From Betaproteobacteria bacterium (GTDB lineage: Bacteria > Pseudomonadota > Gammaproteobacteria > Burkholderiales > SG8-41), in contig JACPTK010000011.1 in the NCBI GenBank assembly GCA_016192825.1, positions 16,516-80,515 on the forward strand: a DNA stretch of 64,000 nt, in the 5' to 3' direction. Of this stretch, positions 38,641 to 47,753 are shown piece after piece. Both the position numbers and the translations under genes were made by a program. The stretch's first letter is position 1. Each line of letters opens with the position of its first letter. The notes beneath the pieces were generated by a model. The model made no database searches. It was not told the origin of the DNA and was given only the letters and a program-made list of their open reading frames with translations.

Positions 38641-38697
38641 GGGCTAATCGGAAGAGGTCGTCAGGGGCACACCTACCCCGGAGCAAAGGAGATCGTT

Positions 38698-38958
38698 ATG
38701 GAATGGCTGACGCAAAATTGGGTCTGGCTGGTATTGGTTGCCGCTGTCGCGTGGATGTTCTTTCGCGGTCGGCACGGCGGTTCGATGGGGTGCTGCGGGA
38801 CGCACGATCACGAAATGGCGCACGAGGGCCCCGCTGGGGAAGGCAAGGCGCAGAGGCCGGATGCTTCGCGCACGCCTGCGAAAGGGCCGGTCACGGGACA
38901 GCCGGCGGAGCAATCTGTGTCCTCGCATCGCCACGGCCAAGGCGGATGCTGCTCATGA
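38698..38958 (+). CDS. small membrane-anchored Cys/His-rich protein (copy 2, 86 aa)
   Basis: AAGGAG RBS. MEWLTQNWVWLVLVAAVAWMFF TM, GCCGTHDHEMAHEG, and C-terminal HRHGQGGCCS. Confidence 0.6.
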   Translation: MEWLTQNWVWLVLVAAVAWMFFRGRHGGSMGCCGTHDHEMAHEGPAGEGKAQRPDASRTPAKGPVTGQPAEQSVSSHRHGQGGCCS

Positions 38959-39088
38959 GGATGTCTGGCGACGCTCATCCATTACGCCCGCCGCACGCGT
39001 CATTGGCGCGGTAGCCTGCCTGAATTCGGGGCCTTGGGGGGCACATGATCCGGGCTCGACCCGCGATCGAGGGCGGTGTCGTGGCCGT

Positions 39089-39268
39089 GAGCGCCTTGAT
39101 CTCCCCCGCAAAGCGCCGCCGGAACGTGGCGATGGTGTCGTGATCGGGGTGGGTATTGCCCGCGATGAACCGAAACGCCACCGAATCGTAGCTCGCCCGT
39201 TCAATCGCGCGGCTCGCGTGCACCCCAGTCGCGTAGCCGTAGATGAGCAGCCCCAGCAGCGTTGCAGG
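39089..39268 (-). mobile_element. relic of an IS5/IS1182-like transposase N-terminal (DUF772-type) domain
   Basis: PATLLGLLIYGYATGVHASRAIERASYDSVAFRFIAGNTHPDHDTIATFRRRFAGEIKAL within ORF 38975..39364. No catalytic domain follows. Confidence 0.6.
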
Positions 39269-39519
39269 GTGATGCGCATCGCTGCCCCGGCGATTGGCCC
39301 ACTGGGGATGGGGCTCACCAGAATGGCCAGCACCATGAGACCGATCACCATCAGCGGCCCCCATGTCCCCAGTTGCGCAACGCGTTCGCGAAGTTCGGCT
39401 CCGTTCAGGATCGTCATCAGCAAGCCGGTTTCGTGCAGCAGCCAGTACGTTGCCGCAAGCGCCACAAGGATAAAAACGCCGGCAAGGAACTTGAGCCGCG
39501 CCGCCCGCGTCACGGCCAT
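39269..39519 (-). pseudogene. TVP38/TMEM64 (DedA-related) family protein truncated by the IS relic
   Basis: MAVTRAARLKFLAGVFILVALAATYWLLHETGLL ... LAILVSPIPSGPIAGAAM is the family N-terminus. The reading frame is lost at the junction with the transposase fragment. Confidence 0.5.
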
Positions 39520-40586
39520 GCCTGCGCGGCCCCGCCGCAGCGGCACCATACGCACGAGCAATCGACGTGGTTGCACGTCACGTCGCGCCGGCGCGATTGA
39601 ACGCGCAGCCGAGCCCACGGATACAGCAGCCGCTTGAGCCACGACGGGCCGTAGTAGAGGTGTAGAAACCGGCGTGCGTCGCCGCTCGCGGATGCCTTCT
39701 GCAGGAACCGGCGGTAGCCCGAATTTCCCATGTAGCCAAATACGGCGCGGTTGACCACCGCTGCCCGCAGTCCCGGGAGAAAGGCCTGGCGCCAGCGGAC
39801 ATCGCCCCAGAGCGCGTCCTGGAATCCCGCCTGCTGACCCGCGACCGGATGCTGCCCGGAATACGCCGAGACCGGTATTCTGAAGTTTTCCGCGCCGCCG
39901 TGAGGCTGCGGGTTTCGCATCTCCAGCCCGATGAGATCGCGAAAGCGCTCGACGGTCCGCGCGACGTACTCGGCTTCGCGCTTGAATTCGGAGAACATGC
40001 AGGTTTTTACCGTCCCGTAACCGTTGGCGACCAGCACGTACGCATATCCCTGCGGCGCCAGGTCGTCGTCGCAGATCGCCCACCAGCCGTCGGCCATCGA
40101 TGTCTCGAAGTGGTACCCCACTGCGATCGCGTCCGCAGCCCGCGGTCCCGCCGCCAGGATCGCGGGGCCTTCGATATGGCGGAGCCTGCTCCCGAAGCGA
40201 ACCTCGATCCCCAGGGCGCGGGCCTGCGCGAGCAGCGCCGAGTCGATCGTACCGCGGCCCGGCCCGCGCTCGATCGTGTAGAAGAGCGGCAATTCGCTGT
40301 GAAAATCGTACCGGTTTCCCCAGGCGTCGAACGTGACGCCGTCCCGGCAGGGCGTCCGGTCGAAGTCACAGGCAAGACCGTGCTCGCGAAATTCGTCGAG
40401 CACGTCTCCCGCCGTCGTCCAGTTCTCCAGGCCCTGGTGGTCGCCCTGAAACCGGGAGCCCACCTCGGCCGCGGCTTCGTGGACCACGACCGCTCGTCCC
40501 GCGCGCGCGAGCGTGATCGCCGCGGCGAGTCCGGCGGGACCTGCCCCGACGATCTGAATCGGCTTGTCGCTGGTCGAGGCGCTCAT
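39510..40586 (-). CDS. FAD-dependent oxidoreductase (geranylgeranyl-reductase-like), intact copy 3
   Basis: Dinucleotide-binding IQIVGAGPAGLAAAITLARAGRAVVVHE. 358 aa, with a Cys-rich C-terminus CNHVDCSCVWCRC. Confidence 0.75.
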   Translation of the reverse strand: MSASTSDKPIQIVGAGPAGLAAAITLARAGRAVVVHEAAAEVGSRFQGDHQGLENWTTAGDVLDEFREHGLACDFDRTPCRDGVTFDAWGNRYDFHSELPLFYTIERGPGRGTIDSALLAQARALGIEVRFGSRLRHIEGPAILAAGPRAADAIAVGYHFETSMADGWWAICDDDLAPQGYAYVLVANGYGTVKTCMFSEFKREAEYVARTVERFRDLIGLEMRNPQPHGGAENFRIPVSAYSGQHPVAGQQAGFQDALWGDVRWRQAFLPGLRAAVVNRAVFGYMGNSGYRRFLQKASASGDARRFLHLYYGPSWLKRLLYPWARLRVQSRRRDVTCNHVDCSCVWCRCGGAAQAWP

Positions 40587-40605
40587 GCGGGGTCCGCAGC
40601 GCTCC

Positions 40606-40779
40606 TCACGAAGCGAGCGTTCCGTCCGTCACACACCGCTCGTCGAACTCGAACGCTACGCGGGCGTTGGGTACTGTCAGGCGCAGGCGGGCTTCGTAAA
40701 AGACCTCCTTGCCGGACTCGACCCGCTGCAGTGGCACGGCGCCGCCCTTGTATCCGAGTTCCGCCACGTCCACCGATGC
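40606..40779 (-). pseudogene. orphan C-terminal gene fragment of unknown family
   Basis: The frame reads VDVAELGYKGGAVPLQRVESGKEVFYEARLRLTVPNARVAFEFDERCVTDGTLAS-stop, with no start codon or N-terminal part. It abuts the ICMT relic in a different frame. Confidence 0.3.
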
Positions 40780-40785
40780 GGCTGA

Positions 40786-40940
40786 ACACCAGCGAGTTGA
40801 TGATCGCGAGTGACCACAGGCCGTAGGCGGATGCGGATTCCTGATTCATGCCCTCATACCTCTCATGCGATCCCGTGTCGGTGCTGACGTCTTGCGCGGG
40901 TTCCCGGCCACCATGAACCCATACATGGAACAATGGGCAC
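40786..40940 (-). pseudogene. relic of a DUF2933-like / ICMT gene pair
   Basis: CPLFHVWVHGGREP (end of a DUF2933-like gene) is followed by MNQESASAYGLWSLAIINSLVF (start of an ICMT paralogue at 40849). It is cut on one side by the MITE and on the other by an unrelated fragment. Confidence 0.5.
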
Positions 40941-40950
40941 GCGAGAAGGG

Positions 40951-41182
40951 TGAAAATAAGGTTTTCACTGCTTTTCCTTTCGTTTTTGCGCAGGCGGTTT
41001 TACATATTTAGGCAAAACCGCCCCGGATAAAAATGCGAAAGTGCCATCAAAAACCTGCCGAAACACCATCCGTACGCGTTTCCCGAGGTGAATCGACCGT
41101 GGAATTAAACGTTATTCAAAAAAAATGGGGCGGTTTTGCTTTTAGCAGCCTGTCGGACCATCAAAGTCCGACAGGCTGCTAG
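40951..41182 (-). mobile_element. composite MITE: type B copy (B1, reverse orientation) fused to a partial type-A-like fragment
   Basis: About 41010..41182 is the reverse complement of 62004..62175 (hairpin TAGCAGCCTGTCGGAC-loop-GTCCGACAGGCTGCTA, AAAACCGCCCC, same core). 40951..41004 carries GAAAATAAGGTTTTCACTGC ... GCAGGCGGTTTTAC, as in the type A 3' part. The terminal CTAG (41179..41182) contains the stop codon of the neighbouring gene. Confidence 0.6.
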
Positions 41183-42186
41183 CGCTTGCGCACGGGCGCG
41201 CCGCACTTCGAGCAGAAGAGGTCATCCGATGCCACCCGGTTGCCGCATTGCGGACAGAAACCCGCGCCGCGCTGCGCCGCTCCGGACGCCTTCCTGCTTA
41301 GACGCCACCACAGCAAAAATGACCCGGCTCCGACGAGCAGGGCGGCGAGGATCGCGACGATCAGGAGCCCCTGCGGCGAAGTGACGGTGGAACCCGAATT
41401 GACGGTGGAACCAGTCGCCGGCGCAGGTATTGGAGCCGCCTTGCTCAGTCCGAGTATCTCGGAGGAGGTTCGCGGGTCCGTCTTGGTGTAGCTGATCTCG
41501 ACGGGAACCCGCGTTCCCGCGTCGAAGGCGCCGAGATCGGCCTTCCGATAGAGCAGGCCGTCCGGGCCTTTCGCCGCGGCACCCAGCCCGGGCTTCACCG
41601 CGACGTTGCTCGCTGCCGCAGGCTCCTGCAGCTGCACGGACAACCGGTCCACCGCCACGTCCCCCGGCCATACGTACGTAAAGCGGCGGTCCGGGTTGTC
41701 CGGCGCGAGCCGGTCATAGTATTCGACGTGGATGAGACGGTGCTCGGTTTTGAAACGCAGCGTGGTGAACGCGTCGGCGTAAATCCGCTCGTGTTCCAGA
41801 TTGAAAAGCCCGGAACCCGGCGCGGTGGCGAACGCGACCGCCGTCGGATCGCTCGAGGCGGGCACGCGGAGGGATACCGTGGCGGGCAGCGCAAGATCGG
41901 CGGCGAGCTCGCCCGTGAGGATCACGAGCGCCGCCCCGCGCCGGTCGAATTCCGGCCAGATCTCGACCTCGAGGCTCGCGAAACGTGGCTTCTCCTCAGC
42001 CGCACTGCCGGCAGGTGGGGCGGCAGCGGGCGCAAGCAGGGGCATGATGGCGAAGACGACCAGCGTCACTCCTGATGCGAGGAGTGTTGCCGCGCCACCA
42101 CCCGAGGTTCCTCGTCGTCTCATATCGTTCATGTTGATCATGCCGAATCCCATGCCCCATCCCGAGCCATAGTCGCCCCACATCAT
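41179..42186 (-). CDS. membrane protein with extracytoplasmic beta-rich domain and C-terminal zinc ribbon
   Basis: N-terminal hydrophobic segment, about 230 aa domain, TM (LLIVAILAALLVGAGSFLLWW), then CPQCGNRVASDDLFCSKCGAPV. The start is contiguous with the NfeD stop. The true start could be the internal MNDMRRRG. Confidence 0.55.
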   Translation of the reverse strand: MMWGDYGSGWGMGFGMINMNDMRRRGTSGGGAATLLASGVTLVVFAIMPLLAPAAAPPAGSAAEEKPRFASLEVEIWPEFDRRGAALVILTGELAADLALPATVSLRVPASSDPTAVAFATAPGSGLFNLEHERIYADAFTTLRFKTEHRLIHVEYYDRLAPDNPDRRFTYVWPGDVAVDRLSVQLQEPAAASNVAVKPGLGAAAKGPDGLLYRKADLGAFDAGTRVPVEISYTKTDPRTSSEILGLSKAAPIPAPATGSTVNSGSTVTSPQGLLIVAILAALLVGAGSFLLWWRLSRKASGAAQRGAGFCPQCGNRVASDDLFCSKCGAPVRKR

Positions 42187-42587
42187 CGGCGTCCTCCTTT
42201 CACGTGAAACGGAAAGCCTGTTGCCCCGGTTTGCCGCGGGGAGGTGTTCGAATTGGTGAACTTGCGCACCCGCAGCGTGAGCTCCTCGATCCCGATGACT
42301 TCCACAATGTCGCCGACGGCCACGCGCTCTGTGGCCTTGGCCGACCAGAGCTCGCTTTTCACCCATACCGTGAGCGCGTTGCCGCGCACCTCGCGCACCG
42401 TACCGACAGCGCGCAGCATGTCTTCCGCGCCGGTGCAAACGGGTTTACGCATCGCTTTCACCGCGAGCACGTAGACGCCGGCGGTCACGGCCACCGCTGC
42501 TCCATAAAGCGGGATTGCCGCGCCCATGGGCAACAGCCAGAAAACCGGGAGCGCGAGCAGTGGCATGGCGAGAATCAGGTGGCACAT
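42183..42587 (-). CDS. NfeD-like protein (membrane anchor plus OB-fold)
   Basis: Two N-terminal TM segments, then GTVREVRGNALTVWVKSELWSAKATERVAVGDIVEVIGIEELTLRV, typical of the NfeD C-terminal domain. Confidence 0.65.
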   Translation of the reverse strand: MCHLILAMPLLALPVFWLLPMGAAIPLYGAAVAVTAGVYVLAVKAMRKPVCTGAEDMLRAVGTVREVRGNALTVWVKSELWSAKATERVAVGDIVEVIGIEELTLRVRKFTNSNTSPRQTGATGFPFHVKGGRR

Positions 42588-42594
42588 GGCCGTA

Positions 42595-43296
42595 TCACGC
42601 GCCGTAGCTCCGCGCGAACAGCGTGCTCAGCCGCGGGATGAAGGCGGGCGTCCGCTTCGCGTAGCTTGCAAACTCTTCGCCGAACTCGGCAGCCACCTCC
42701 CGTTCCTCGCGGCGCGCGAGCCGGACGTACATGGTGAGAAGGATGGGGAACATGACCAGCGTCACCAGAGTGGGCCATTGCAGGAGGAAGCCCGACAGGA
42801 TGAGGACGAAGCCGAGGTACTGGGGGTGGCGAACCCCGGCGTAAGGCCCGCTCGTCGCAAGCTCGCGGCGTCGCTGGGCCTCGTACAGGATCCCCCAGGA
42901 CCTGGCGAGCAGGACGAAGCCGGCGAAGATCAGCACGTAGGAAGCGACATGGAACGGGCCGAAATGGGGGTTGCCTTTCCACCCGAAAATGACCTCGAGC
43001 AGGTGCCCCGCGTCGTGCGAGAGAAAGTCGACCTCGGGATAGCGGGTGCCCAGCCAGCCCGACAGCAGGTAGATCGTGAGCGGAAATCCGTACATCTCGG
43101 TGAACAGCGCGACCAGGAACGCGGAGAATGCGCCGAACGATCGCCAGTCCCGCTTCGTCCTCGGCGTGGCGAAGCTGAACGCGAAGATGATGAAGACGGC
43201 GGAATTGACGATCACCAGCGTCCACAGTCCGTAGGCGGATCGGGACTCGCTGATTGCGAGCATCAACAGGGCGTACGCCGACTCGTGCTCACTCAT
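42595..43296 (-). CDS. ICMT/PEMT-like membrane methyltransferase family protein
   Basis: MSEHESAYALL ... AYGLWTLVIVNSAVFIIFAFSF, GPYAGVRHPQYLGFVLIL, EEREVAAEFGEEFASYAKRTPAFIP. Overlaps the end of the upstream DUF2933-like gene. Confidence 0.75.
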   Translation of the reverse strand: MSEHESAYALLMLAISESRSAYGLWTLVIVNSAVFIIFAFSFATPRTKRDWRSFGAFSAFLVALFTEMYGFPLTIYLLSGWLGTRYPEVDFLSHDAGHLLEVIFGWKGNPHFGPFHVASYVLIFAGFVLLARSWGILYEAQRRRELATSGPYAGVRHPQYLGFVLILSGFLLQWPTLVTLVMFPILLTMYVRLARREEREVAAEFGEEFASYAKRTPAFIPRLSTLFARSYGA

Positions 43297-43534
43297 GGCG
43301 GTCTCCATGTCGGTGTTGTTGCTGGTCGCGATTCGCGCCGTGCCCATGCCCGCGGTGCATGAACAGGTGCAGCAGCGGGCAGGCAAGCACCAGGGCGAAG
43401 GGAAGAAACTCGATCGCGTGGGCGCGGTGCCCGGTGATCAGAAAATACGCCGCTACCAGCACGAAGCCGATGAGCGCCCAATTGGCCTTCGACGACCAGG
43501 TGCTCCCGCGGTGGGTATCGTGTTCGCGGGTCAT
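43289..43534 (-). CDS. DUF2933-like small membrane protein with His-rich tail
   Basis: MTREHDTHRGS, two TM segments, ACPLLHLFMHRGHGHG. Confidence 0.65.
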   Translation of the reverse strand: MTREHDTHRGSTWSSKANWALIGFVLVAAYFLITGHRAHAIEFLPFALVLACPLLHLFMHRGHGHGANRDQQQHRHGDRHE

Positions 43535-43543
43535 GCAGGCGCC

Positions 43544-44281
43544 TCAACCGATCGCGCGGAGCGCGGGAAAGGTTTCGATCAGCCAGAACGAGAAAACATT
43601 GAGCCAACCGGTGATCATGGCGACGCCGAGTGCGACCATCAGCAGGCCACCGGCGAGCTGCAGCGTTTGCCCCAGCCGGCGCGCTTCCCGCAGCAGCCGC
43701 GCGGCGCGATCCAGAAACAGCGCCGACGCGAGAAACGGCACGCCGAGCCCGAGCGCGTAGGCGCCGAGCAGTCCGACGCCGCCCGCCGTGGTGCCCACGG
43801 CGCTCGCGGTCAGGATCGCGCCGAGCACCGGTCCGATGCACGGGGTCCAGCCGAAGCCGAACGCCAGGCCGAGCACGAACGCGGACACGGGATGTCCGCT
43901 GACAACGTGCGGGTGAAACCGCACGTCCCGCTGCAGTACCGGCATCCAGCGCAGCATGCCGAGCATCAGCAGGCCGAAGCCGATGATGATCGCGCCGCCG
44001 ACGAGATTCGCTTCGTAGCGGTAGCGGATGAGCAGTTGCCCGAGGGCGCTCGCGCTCGCCCCGAAGGCGAGGAAGACCGTCGAGAAGCCGCTCACGAACA
44101 GCCCGCTCATCGCGAGCGCCGAAAGGCGCCGGGATACGGTCAGGTGCCGGCGGTGGTGGAAACTCTCGCCCCCGACGTACGAGATGTAGCCGGGCACCAG
44201 CGGCAGCACGCAGGGCGAGAGGAACGAGACGATCCCCGCCGCGAAGGCGGTCAATGCGCCGAGACTGGACAGGTCGCCCAT
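43544..44281 (-). CDS. ccdA: cytochrome c biogenesis/thiol-disulfide transporter CcdA (DsbD core)
   Basis: FAAGIVSFLSPCVLPLVPGYISY and WTPCIGPVLGAIL, the two conserved Cys-Pro motifs. Six TM segments. Confidence 0.85.
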   Translation of the reverse strand: MGDLSSLGALTAFAAGIVSFLSPCVLPLVPGYISYVGGESFHHRRHLTVSRRLSALAMSGLFVSGFSTVFLAFGASASALGQLLIRYRYEANLVGGAIIIGFGLLMLGMLRWMPVLQRDVRFHPHVVSGHPVSAFVLGLAFGFGWTPCIGPVLGAILTASAVGTTAGGVGLLGAYALGLGVPFLASALFLDRAARLLREARRLGQTLQLAGGLLMVALGVAMITGWLNVFSFWLIETFPALRAIG

Positions 44282-44287
44282 CGAACG

Positions 44288-45145
44288 TCAGACGTCGCAG
44301 TCTGCGCCGCCTTGCTCGGGCAGCAGGCCGCGCCGCTTCAACTCTCTGGCGACATTCGCGTGCCAGCCGCGTGCGCTGGAGAAATTCGCGTCCATGACTT
44401 CCCGCGGATCGACATCCTGCCATTCCGTGTTCCTCGCCACCTTGAAGTAAAGCGCGATATGGGCGTAATGGTGGGGGAACCAGAAGGCGTTGAAGGCGAG
44501 GGCTTCGCGGAATAGCTCCTCTTCGCTCAATCCTTGCGCCGCGCCGAGCGTAAGCAGCCCGAGAAGCGCGGAGCCATGGTTGCAGTCCTGATAGAACGTC
44601 GAGTTGTCGCAGCAGGGGCGGAAAGTGTTGCGGGCCACCCGGGTCACCAGTGTCTCCTGTGCGACGGTGAGATCGACGATGGGGAACTTGTTGAAGTAAG
44701 CACTGCCGTTTGCTTCCTTGCCCAAGCTCCATCCGCCTGTCGAGGCGAAGCGAGAAAGCTTGGGCCCGTTGAGGGGGCTTTCGTTGTTCGCCGCCATGCG
44801 GTTCGCGAGCCCCAGGGGCCACAGGAGGTTCACGTGGACGTTTGCGGTTTCCCGGGTGAGCAGGATTGGCCGGCGCGAAGGCTTGCTCAGGACCTCTTTC
44901 AGTCTTGCGGGGATACCGCCGCGCCGCGCATATAAGGCCTCGATCTTTTGCGGGTCAACGACGCCTTCCTGCACGAGCTTGACGACGCTGTCCGCGAGCA
45001 CCACCCTGCTGCGGTGCCCGCCAGCGGGCACCGCATATGCCATGGCCTCCTTGAACAATTGATTCCTTTCGGAGACGGGCGCCGCAGTCGCCAGCACGGG
45101 GACCGTCAGAAAGGCCAGAACACACGATCTGAAGGCAATTGTCAT
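44288..45145 (-). CDS. secreted Cys-rich protein of unknown function
   Basis: Signal peptide MTIAFRSCVLAFLTVPVLATA, cluster RPCCDNSTFYQDCNHG, and terminal GGADCDV. Family not recognised. A 7-nt gap separates it from ccdA. Confidence 0.45.
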   Translation of the reverse strand: MTIAFRSCVLAFLTVPVLATAAPVSERNQLFKEAMAYAVPAGGHRSRVVLADSVVKLVQEGVVDPQKIEALYARRGGIPARLKEVLSKPSRRPILLTRETANVHVNLLWPLGLANRMAANNESPLNGPKLSRFASTGGWSLGKEANGSAYFNKFPIVDLTVAQETLVTRVARNTFRPCCDNSTFYQDCNHGSALLGLLTLGAAQGLSEEELFREALAFNAFWFPHHYAHIALYFKVARNTEWQDVDPREVMDANFSSARGWHANVARELKRRGLLPEQGGADCDV

Positions 45146-45177
45146 CTGGGCAGCTTCACTTGATCGAGGCGCAGGCC

Positions 45178-45774
45178 TCATTCCGCCTGGAGCTTCCGCA
45201 CCAGGGGCAGCACCTTCTCGTCGAGTGATTTCCGCGTGACGGCGCCGATCACCTTGTGGCGGATCATTCCGCGCTTGTCGACGATGAACGTCTCGGGAAC
45301 GCCGTAGACGCCCCAGTCGATCCCGACCCGGCCGTCGAGGTCCGCGCCGGTGCGCGTATAGGGGTCGCCCAGCTCGCCCAGCCACCGCGCGGCGTCATCC
45401 GGCCGGTCCTTGTAATTGAGACCGTGCAGCGGAACGTTGCCCTCCGCCCGGAGCTGCATCCACAGCGGATGCTCCGCGCGGCACTCCACGCACCATGAGG
45501 CAAATACGTTGACGACCGAGACTTCACCGCGCAGGTCACTCGAGGCCAGCCCCAGCGTGCGGCCCTTGACCGGCTCGAGCCGGAATTCAGGCACGGGCTT
45601 GCCGATCAGCGGGGAAGGGATTTCGCGCGGATTGAGGGTCAGGCCGACGCCGAGGAACACGGCAATTACCGCAAAGATCGCGAGCGGCCAGAGATAGCTC
45701 CGCGAGCCGGGCGGGAGAGCCTGCGCATTTGCCGCGTTGGACGCAGCCTCATGGGTAAGGTTGGTGTCGCTCAT
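45178..45774 (-). CDS. ccmG: thiol:disulfide oxidoreductase DsbE/CcmG
   Basis: N-terminal anchor, VVNVFASWCVECRAEHP (WCxxC), GVYGVPETFIVDKRGMIRHK. Confidence 0.85.
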   Translation of the reverse strand: MSDTNLTHEAASNAANAQALPPGSRSYLWPLAIFAVIAVFLGVGLTLNPREIPSPLIGKPVPEFRLEPVKGRTLGLASSDLRGEVSVVNVFASWCVECRAEHPLWMQLRAEGNVPLHGLNYKDRPDDAARWLGELGDPYTRTGADLDGRVGIDWGVYGVPETFIVDKRGMIRHKVIGAVTRKSLDEKVLPLVRKLQAE

Positions 45775-45819
45775 GCTTCAGGACACGATTGGCGCCATGG
45801 GCAGGGAACAGGCAGGATG

Positions 45820-46335
45820 TTACTCGGTGCAGCAATCGACCAGTTTTTTCACGATGTCCTCGAGCGTCCACGGTTTTTCGCCTGCTGCGACTTTCTTGAA
45901 TCCGGATACATCGATGAGCTTCAGCCGCAGGGCCCAGAACAGGGAGTAGGTCTTGTAGGCGCGGGCCAGCATCTCCTGCGCGTCCTGCTTCTTCCCGTCG
46001 GAATGGAGCTTCGTCCCGACCTCGATCAGCCGCATGGTCGCCGCGAGCAGGTGTTTCGTGATGCACCAGGTCTCGCCCTCGTGCCGGTCGATCATTCTTG
46101 CCAGCAGCTCCTTGCGGATCGAACGCACCTCGTTCAGGAGATCGAAATACTCGGGCTTGTCCGTCTTCGCGCCCGTGAAGAAGAAATGCTCCTCGAGACT
46201 GATCAGGTTCATGATCGCGATGCTCAGGTCCTCCTCCGTCGAGAGATCGACGCTTCCCGTTTTTTTCATCGCTTCGACCCGCTCGAGCAAGGCTTCGAGC
46301 GTGGGCAGTCCGGTAATGGCGGCGGCGGATGTCAT
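45820..46335 (-). CDS. soluble helical protein of unknown function ending VDCCTE
   Basis: Start MTSAAAITGLPTLEALL overlaps the stop of the upstream DsbD_2-type gene. DLSIAIMNLISLEEHFFFT. Family not recognised. Confidence 0.45.
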   Translation of the reverse strand: MTSAAAITGLPTLEALLERVEAMKKTGSVDLSTEEDLSIAIMNLISLEEHFFFTGAKTDKPEYFDLLNEVRSIRKELLARMIDRHEGETWCITKHLLAATMRLIEVGTKLHSDGKKQDAQEMLARAYKTYSLFWALRLKLIDVSGFKKVAAGEKPWTLEDIVKKLVDCCTE

Positions 46336-47117
46336 AGCGCGAAGATGCCCAGGCCAAGCGCGATCATGGCGACGCCGCCGCCCCAGAAGCGCAGATTCCT
46401 CGTGCTCCGCTTCTTCCACCCCTCGACCTTTTCGACGAGCGTCCTGTCGCTGGCAATGAGGAGGATCGCGGCGAGCGGCAGCACGAAGATCACGTTATAG
46501 AGCATGAGGTAACCGAGGCCGACCGCATACGTTGTCTGGTCGTGAAGCAGGCCCAGGACCATGAGGTAGGGCCCCCCGGTGCATGGGAACTCGCACAGCC
46601 CGACCAATCCACCCAGCCCGAGGGCCGAAGGCAGCGACGCCTTTTCCATCAACCCCGCGATTTTGCCGTGAGCGGCGTGAGGAATCTGCAGCTTGACCGG
46701 AAATGCCGGGAAGTAGTGATTGCCCAGATTGACCAGCCCGAGCGCGATCAGCAGGGAAGCCCCGACCTTCGCCATGAAGTGCGGCGTGTCGAAGAGGTGC
46801 AGCACCTGGAGTATGCCCAGGCCGATCAGCGTGTAGACGAGGAAGATGCCCAGGATGTAGCAGACGCCGATCTGCAGGATGCCCGATCGCAACCGTCCGA
46901 GACTGAACAGGAATGCGATCGTCAGGATCAGGATCGAAAAAGCGCAGGGGTTGATGCTGTCGATGAGCGACGCGACGACGACCAGCGGCAGCAGCCACTT
47001 GCCCTCGTTCGACAGGTGCCATAGCGCCGTCGTTCCGATATTTCCCGACTGAAACAGCAATACGGAGCCCACCAGCAAAACGCTGATCCCCACGAGCGCT
47101 GCAAGCCCCTTGTTCAT
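46332..47117 (-). CDS. DsbD_2/CcdA-like thiol-disulfide transmembrane protein
   Basis: DSINPCAFSILILTIAF and LCEFPCTGGPYL. Paralogue of 5952..6770. Confidence 0.7.
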   Translation of the reverse strand: MNKGLAALVGISVLLVGSVLLFQSGNIGTTALWHLSNEGKWLLPLVVVASLIDSINPCAFSILILTIAFLFSLGRLRSGILQIGVCYILGIFLVYTLIGLGILQVLHLFDTPHFMAKVGASLLIALGLVNLGNHYFPAFPVKLQIPHAAHGKIAGLMEKASLPSALGLGGLVGLCEFPCTGGPYLMVLGLLHDQTTYAVGLGYLMLYNVIFVLPLAAILLIASDRTLVEKVEGWKKRSTRNLRFWGGGVAMIALGLGIFAL

Positions 47118-47125
47118 GGGGGCGC

Positions 47126-47665
47126 TTACGGCCGCACCAAGGCGGTGAACTGAAGCTCCAGCGGCGCGGCTTCGGCGGTTCTGATCGTCACGACCCGCTC
47201 CGTCGGGCCGATCCCGGCGGGTCCGTGGGCCGCCGGATCAAACACGGCCTCCACCTGAGCAGTCCCACCCGGCGCGATGCGCTCGAAAATGCCCGCATTG
47301 GCTCCATGCCCGGGCATGCCGAACGGTCCCTTCCTCCCGGACGGTGTAATCAACGTTGCTTCCGTGCACATGCAGGAGGTGTACAGCCTGGTGATGGTGA
47401 CGGCAGACTTGCCGGTATTGCTGATCGAGAACCGGTGAGAGACCTTTCCCGCAGCCATCGAGATGGTGCCGAAGTCGAAGGACCGTGACATCGACATGAG
47501 CGGGCTGGGCACGGCGACCGGGCTGGGCGCGGCGACGGGTCTCTCCATTGCAGGTCCTGGCGCCGCGACGTTGGGTTGAGCCTTGAAAATCCCGACCAGG
47601 ACCACGATGACCGCAAAGGCGATCAATCCGTAGAAAATCGTGTTCATAACCGCTGCCGGTTTCAT
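47126..47665 (-). CDS. DUF1573-domain protein (membrane-anchored)
   Basis: N-terminal TM, then FDFGTISMAAGKVSHRFSISNTGKSAVTITRLYTSCMCT, the DUF1573 signature. Confidence 0.7.
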   Translation of the reverse strand: MKPAAVMNTIFYGLIAFAVIVVLVGIFKAQPNVAAPGPAMERPVAAPSPVAVPSPLMSMSRSFDFGTISMAAGKVSHRFSISNTGKSAVTITRLYTSCMCTEATLITPSGRKGPFGMPGHGANAGIFERIAPGGTAQVEAVFDPAAHGPAGIGPTERVVTIRTAEAAPLELQFTALVRP

Positions 47666-47753
47666 GATTTCCCTTTCTCGACGCTGATCTGAAAATCTCG
47701 AATTCGCGACGGTCTTCATTTCCAGGTTTCGTGGGCGAAATGCCGGAGGCGCC

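Noticed and set aside
38953-40083. 376-aa minus-strand ORF
   Set aside because: This is an open frame running through an alternative frame of the oxidoreductase and an alternative frame of the IS relic. Only its TVP38-like stretch is real coding sequence. The meaningful pieces are annotated separately.
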